Shown here one piece after another: positions 28,572 through 32,000 of a DNA stretch of 32,000 nt. Source of the stretch: Pseudanabaena sp. (GTDB taxonomy: Bacteria; Cyanobacteriota; Cyanobacteriia; Pseudanabaenales; Pseudanabaenaceae); contig JBILGV010000024.1 in assembly GCA_044350865.1 (NCBI GenBank), positions 1-32,000 on the forward strand. Direction: 5' to 3'. The notes under the pieces are model-generated. The model was not told the origin of the DNA. It saw only the letters and a list, made by a program, of their open reading frames with translations, and did not search any database. Both the position numbers and the translations under genes were made by a program. Position 1 is the first letter of the stretch, and each line of letters opens with the position of its first letter.

Positions 28572-28616
28572 AAGAACTAGTGAAATGAGCTAAGCTTGCT
28601 TCACTAATTCTTCTAT
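28568..28616 (+). terminator. Hairpin downstream of the SGNH-like gene
   Basis: atagaagaactagtgaa (28568-28584) pairs with ttcactaattcttctat (28600-28616), 16/17 matches; weak T tract, so termination is uncertain. Confidence 0.4.
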
Positions 28617-28730
28617 CAAATGAGTCCCAATACGAAAACCAAGCTAAAGGGACTTGCTACGAGAAAAAATATGGGTCTTAGTTCGCGATCCAAAGTAAAC
28701 TATTCAATTAGTGAGTTTTAATAAATCTTT

Positions 28731-28829
28731 ATGGTAGAACCAATTTTGTCGGGCATTTGCCTTGGTCTTATTTTCATTACCCTTGGTGGATTATTCTTTG
28801 CTGCTTACCAGCAATATCGTCGAGTTTAA
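28731..28829 (+). CDS. petG: Cytochrome b6-f complex subunit V
   Basis: Direct translation [32 protein letters not shown] (32 aa), characteristic PetG; below the ORF-track length cutoff. Confidence 0.95.
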   Translation: MVEPILSGICLGLIFITLGGLFFAAYQQYRRV

Positions 28830-28830
28830 C

Positions 28831-28864
28831 AACAAAAAGGGGCGCTTTGCGCCCCTTTTTTGTT
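28831..28864. terminator. Intrinsic terminator between petG and the convergent gene
   Basis: aacaaaaaggggcgc-ttt-gcgccccttttttgtt; long GC stem with T run on both strands. Confidence 0.9.
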
Positions 28865-29186
28865 ATTCCTCAGGCTGATCTAAGTACCGACAAATTTCAT
28901 TGATTTTCATCCGATAAATATGTGGCCATCCACCATTCGTCTCAATGTCACGCAGGAGATTAAATAATTCATGCCGACTGGTTGGTAAAGCGGGTTGAAA
29001 TAAATCGTCTCTAATCCTCTTGTGAACTGAGTCTAAGACCCTCAAAATTTTCAAAAGCCTAACTGCATCGTCTTGTTGACTCTCCGCAAATTGCCATAGG
29101 CGATCAGTGATCGCCTCAAGCTCAGATAAATCAGAAATTTTTTCCTGTTGCAATGGTTTCTGTGATGGGATTTCTGTTTGTGCCAA
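28863..29186 (-). CDS. Conserved hypothetical protein
   Basis: 107-aa ORF LWQFAESQQDDAVRLLKILRVLDSVHKRIRDDLFQPALPTSRHELFNLLRDIETNGGWPHIYRMKINEICRYL; convergent with petG. Confidence 0.7.
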   Translation of the reverse strand: MAQTEIPSQKPLQQEKISDLSELEAITDRLWQFAESQQDDAVRLLKILRVLDSVHKRIRDDLFQPALPTSRHELFNLLRDIETNGGWPHIYRMKINEICRYLDQPEE

Positions 29187-29411
29187 GCTAAGTACCCTCG
29201 TGCGCGATAATATGGTGATTGGAATTTTACAGATTAAGTCTTTAGAAATCTGGTCTCTATGGCTAGTCTAAATTACACCAAACCCCTTAACGATCTCAAT
29301 TTAAAATCCAAAACTAGATCGTATTTTTGACGGTGCTAGGAAAAGTCGCCTAAAGCAGTGCTTATCCTAACTCTAAAATACTACTCATTAAAAATTAAGA
29401 AGAGGTTATTT

Positions 29412-30254
29412 ATGAAATTTCGTAGTTTTACGAAAGCAATTTTTACATTGTGTATCAGTCTCTGCATGTTAGTAGCAAGTAATTTGTTTACAGGTACTGC
29501 GATCGCTGGCACTCAAGGCTTGACTTACGATCAAATCGTTAATACTGGTTTGGCAAACAAATGTCCTGATATCTTGGGATCTTCTCGCGGCGGTCGTAAC
29601 TTTATTCCATTGGGCGCTGGCGAAACTGCTAAAATCACGGAGCTTTGTTTAGAGCCGACATCTTTCTTTGTTAAAGAAGAAGCATCTAATAACAAGCGAA
29701 AAAAAGCTGGATTTGTCGCCAGTAAACTTTTGACTCGTTCGACTTCTAGCCTTGACTTTGTAAAAGCTACGGTGACAGGTAATAGTGATGGCAGTCTCTC
29801 CTTGGTGGAAACCGATGGTCTAGATTACCAACCAATCACAGTCAAAATGCCTGGTGGTGAGCTAGTTGCTATTTTGTTCACAATCAAGGGTTTCAAAGCT
29901 ACTACTACTCCTGGTGTCAATGGCATCACGACATCGGTTGATTTTGTTGGTTCCACCAAAGTTCCTACCTATCGCGGTTCTGGATTTATCGATCCTAAAG
30001 GTCGTGGTCTAGCGATCGGTTATGACTCGGCTGAAGCTTTACCTGCAAAGCGTAACTCCTTCGATAACCGCAGCATTAAGGATGATTCCACTTCCAAAGG
30101 TACTCTATCTTTGCAAGTTGCTAAGTTGAATGCTGACACTGGTGAAATCGCTGGTACTTTTGAGAGTGAACAAACCTCTGATAATGACCTTGGTGGTGTT
30201 AAACCCAAGGAAGTAATCATTCGTGGCGTGTTCTACGGCAAAGTTAACGCTTAA
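29412..30254 (+). CDS. psbO: Photosystem II manganese-stabilizing polypeptide PsbO
   Basis: Signal peptide then GTQGLTYDQIVNTGLANKCPDI...CLEPTSFFVKEE...LDFVKATVTGNSDGSLSLVETDGLDYQPITVKMPGGE...SYDSAEALPA-like PsbO core. Start chosen at ATG 29412 rather than 29358. Confidence 0.97.
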   Translation: MKFRSFTKAIFTLCISLCMLVASNLFTGTAIAGTQGLTYDQIVNTGLANKCPDILGSSRGGRNFIPLGAGETAKITELCLEPTSFFVKEEASNNKRKKAGFVASKLLTRSTSSLDFVKATVTGNSDGSLSLVETDGLDYQPITVKMPGGELVAILFTIKGFKATTTPGVNGITTSVDFVGSTKVPTYRGSGFIDPKGRGLAIGYDSAEALPAKRNSFDNRSIKDDSTSKGTLSLQVAKLNADTGEIAGTFESEQTSDNDLGGVKPKEVIIRGVFYGKVNA

Positions 30255-30262
30255 GTTTAAAC

Positions 30263-30305
30263 ACAAAAAAAAGGTTGCAGCGCAAAGCGCTACAACCTTT
30301 TTTTA
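30263..30305 (+). terminator. Intrinsic terminator of psbO
   Basis: aaaaaaaaggttgcagcgcaaagcgctacaacctttttttt-type hairpin just after the psbO stop. Confidence 0.85.
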
Positions 30306-31367
30306 ATTAGATTTGTTTGCTAAAAAGTCTAGTAAACGGCGGGAAATTAACTCGCGGCTACCCATTCTGCGTCCCAGTTCTTTTTCTAAAGCCCCAACTG
30401 GCGTAAGATTTTGTGGCGCACGCGGATCTCTGGTGGGATGCGATGCATATTGCGGAATTAAGTATGTACTTTGATCGGCGATCGCTTTAGCCCGATCAAT
30501 TGCGAGTTCACCACCAACATCGATGCGAATAATCCCATGCAGGTCATGATAACCGAGGCGTTTGTAATTTAACTCACTACTGCCCGATCGCAAATACCAA
30601 CTGAGATTAGATCCATGCGTATTGGAAATCCGAAAAATAGGCGTGCGTTCTCCTACTTTTAGCGATCGCAAAATTTGAGCATTTTCACCTTTTAAATAAG
30701 CCTTACCCATCGTTTTCACATAGCCAATTGTGTCGTAGGGGGTTTGATAAACCCGATATAGCAAAGGGCCATCCCGCACAATCAGCGCATTTTCTTGGAT
30801 TAATTCTTTATCTAAAGAAAGCTGGTTGGCAATTCGCAATTCTTCGTCAAGCATGGCACTCTGCACGATTTGTGATGGCGTATCTGGCTCATTATTGCTA
30901 CTGGTCAGACAATTATCATATTTTAAATCGCCCCTACCACTCATCGGACAAGGAATTACCGTTACAGGAGCCGCCAAATTTCCGCCTAAGGCAATAATCC
31001 GCTTAACCTCAGTCGCTATACATTTTGCTCTACTAATTTTTCTGTCAACTAATACCGCACCAACAGCGATCGTGGCAAAGGCTCCATACATAATTTCATC
31101 ATCTCTTCTCCCCAAAAACTTAGCATCAAGACGCAATCTACCATCAATAAACAAAATTTGATTGGGAAGGTCAGGGGCGATCGCGGTGCGGATAGGCTGC
31201 CATGAGCCATTAGCGATTTCAAACTCTGTATTTACTTTGTCAGTACTAGGAATCTCTTCAGGGTTAATGCTTACGGGAGCATCATAACCAATATTCCAAG
31301 GTTCTAAGCGAATATTATATTCACTCCAAAAGCTGTCGGTGAGAGTGTTTGAGATGGTTTCGATCAT
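30303..31367 (-). CDS. NurA-like nuclease domain protein
   Basis: NQILFIDGRLRLDAKFLG...GAFATIAVGAVLV, IIRIDV...AIADQSTYLIPQYASHPTRDPRAPQNLTPVGALEKELGRRMG; resembles cyanobacterial NurA-domain proteins. Confidence 0.55.
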   Translation of the reverse strand: MIETISNTLTDSFWSEYNIRLEPWNIGYDAPVSINPEEIPSTDKVNTEFEIANGSWQPIRTAIAPDLPNQILFIDGRLRLDAKFLGRRDDEIMYGAFATIAVGAVLVDRKISRAKCIATEVKRIIALGGNLAAPVTVIPCPMSGRGDLKYDNCLTSSNNEPDTPSQIVQSAMLDEELRIANQLSLDKELIQENALIVRDGPLLYRVYQTPYDTIGYVKTMGKAYLKGENAQILRSLKVGERTPIFRISNTHGSNLSWYLRSGSSELNYKRLGYHDLHGIIRIDVGGELAIDRAKAIADQSTYLIPQYASHPTRDPRAPQNLTPVGALEKELGRRMGSRELISRRLLDFLANKSN

Positions 31368-31494
31368 AATTATCTAAATATACAAGTTCAAAAAATAAGT
31401 TTTCACAAAGCTGAATCACTAAGACTCTCTAGGTTTTATGAGCCAGATATGCGATGATTTGTAAGGTCATCGAACTTAACTCCGAGGTTCTCCT

Positions 31495-32000
31495 ATGCCG
31501 AAAGCGATCGCCGAAGTAGAAACTTTTCTTAAGAAAAAGCTGCTTGGCTCAACAGATTTATCTGCTTCCGAGAAAATTCTCATTAAAAAAGGGCAGACTT
31601 TTTATGTTACTGAATATAGCCCAGACCGTAATCAGCATCTTGCCCTCACCCTAGCTTCTCCTTTTACGGCTCTGGATGGCAAAAGCCAATTGCAAAAGGT
31701 CTATGCTTATGATCCCCATATCACCATTGAGGGAGAGAATCTCAATAAGGTAATTAAGCTCCCAGTCAAATATGCTTGTCAACTAGATAATGACGAGGCA
31801 ATTTTTGGTCCTGGTTGGCGGCAGTGCAATACGACTAGCAATACCATGCTGGCGGACTTTTTGCTAAATGGTGAATTGAGCCAAAAAGCTCAAGCACAAG
31901 GTTTTCCTGAACCAGAATCTGTGTATATGCGAATTGTGGGTAAGTACGGAGATACTACCGATCACGATGCTCAAACTTGGGCTTTAAAAGAATTGGGGAT
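31495..32000 (+). CDS. Peptidase C39-like domain protein (partial, runs off window)
   Basis: Translated directly: MPKAIAEVETFLKKKLLGSTDLSASEKILIKKGQTFYVTEYSPDRNQH...VKYACQLDNDEAIFGPGWRQCNTTSNTMLADFLLNGELSQKAQAQGFPEPESVYMRIVGKYGDTTDHDAQTWALKELG; open to window end; CN-T/S context of C39_2-type peptidases. Confidence 0.65.
   Translation, partial: MPKAIAEVETFLKKKLLGSTDLSASEKILIKKGQTFYVTEYSPDRNQHLALTLASPFTALDGKSQLQKVYAYDPHITIEGENLNKVIKLPVKYACQLDNDEAIFGPGWRQCNTTSNTMLADFLLNGELSQKAQAQGFPEPESVYMRIVGKYGDTTDHDAQTWALKELG

Noticed and set aside
1-32000. Search for CRISPR arrays, tRNAs, rRNAs and complete transposases
   Set aside because: No regularly spaced repeats with unique spacers, no recognised tRNA/rRNA sequence and no complete IS transposase were noticed; short RNAs could have been missed by eye.

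Overview
Cyanobacterial chromosomal window (petG, psbO, mraY, rpmB, cobS, rps1; many GCGATCGC/HIP1 octamers; probably Pseudanabaena-like, which is inference). Left end (1-3.2 kb): the C-terminal part of a type ISP restriction-modification protein followed by a cluster of toxin-antitoxin genes. Middle: SLH protein, TyrA, L28, Uma2 and Rpn-type PD-(D/E)XK genes, a 1247-aa CBS-GAF-multi-PAS histidine kinase, an alpha/beta hydrolase, a PG-binding/SxxK protein, a Toprim-like (DUF4276-type) + AAA ATPase pair, CobS, and an m5C methyltransferase convergent with a small nuclease-like ORF. Right: Ctp protease, TrmH-family methyltransferase, ribosomal S1, RsmB, MraY, SGNH-like protein, PetG (absent from the ORF track), PsbO, NurA-like protein and a partial C39-like peptidase. 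Main observations: (1) the 36-nt end of the ISP gene is duplicated onto the end of the adjacent PIN toxin gene, bracketing the TA pair; (2) an apparently perfect 316-bp tandem duplication covers the 3' end of the Rpn gene plus a fragment that reads, on the other strand, like the linker and start (EPLILLAED) of a lost receiver domain of the histidine kinase; (3) a two-gene ATPase/Toprim-like cassette is a candidate antiphage module; (4) a methyltransferase/small-nuclease pair abuts a 5'-truncated Uma2 gene; (5) two perfect 30-nt palindromes share an 18-nt core. No CRISPR array or tRNA was recognised. No clearly new system can be proven from sequence alone.
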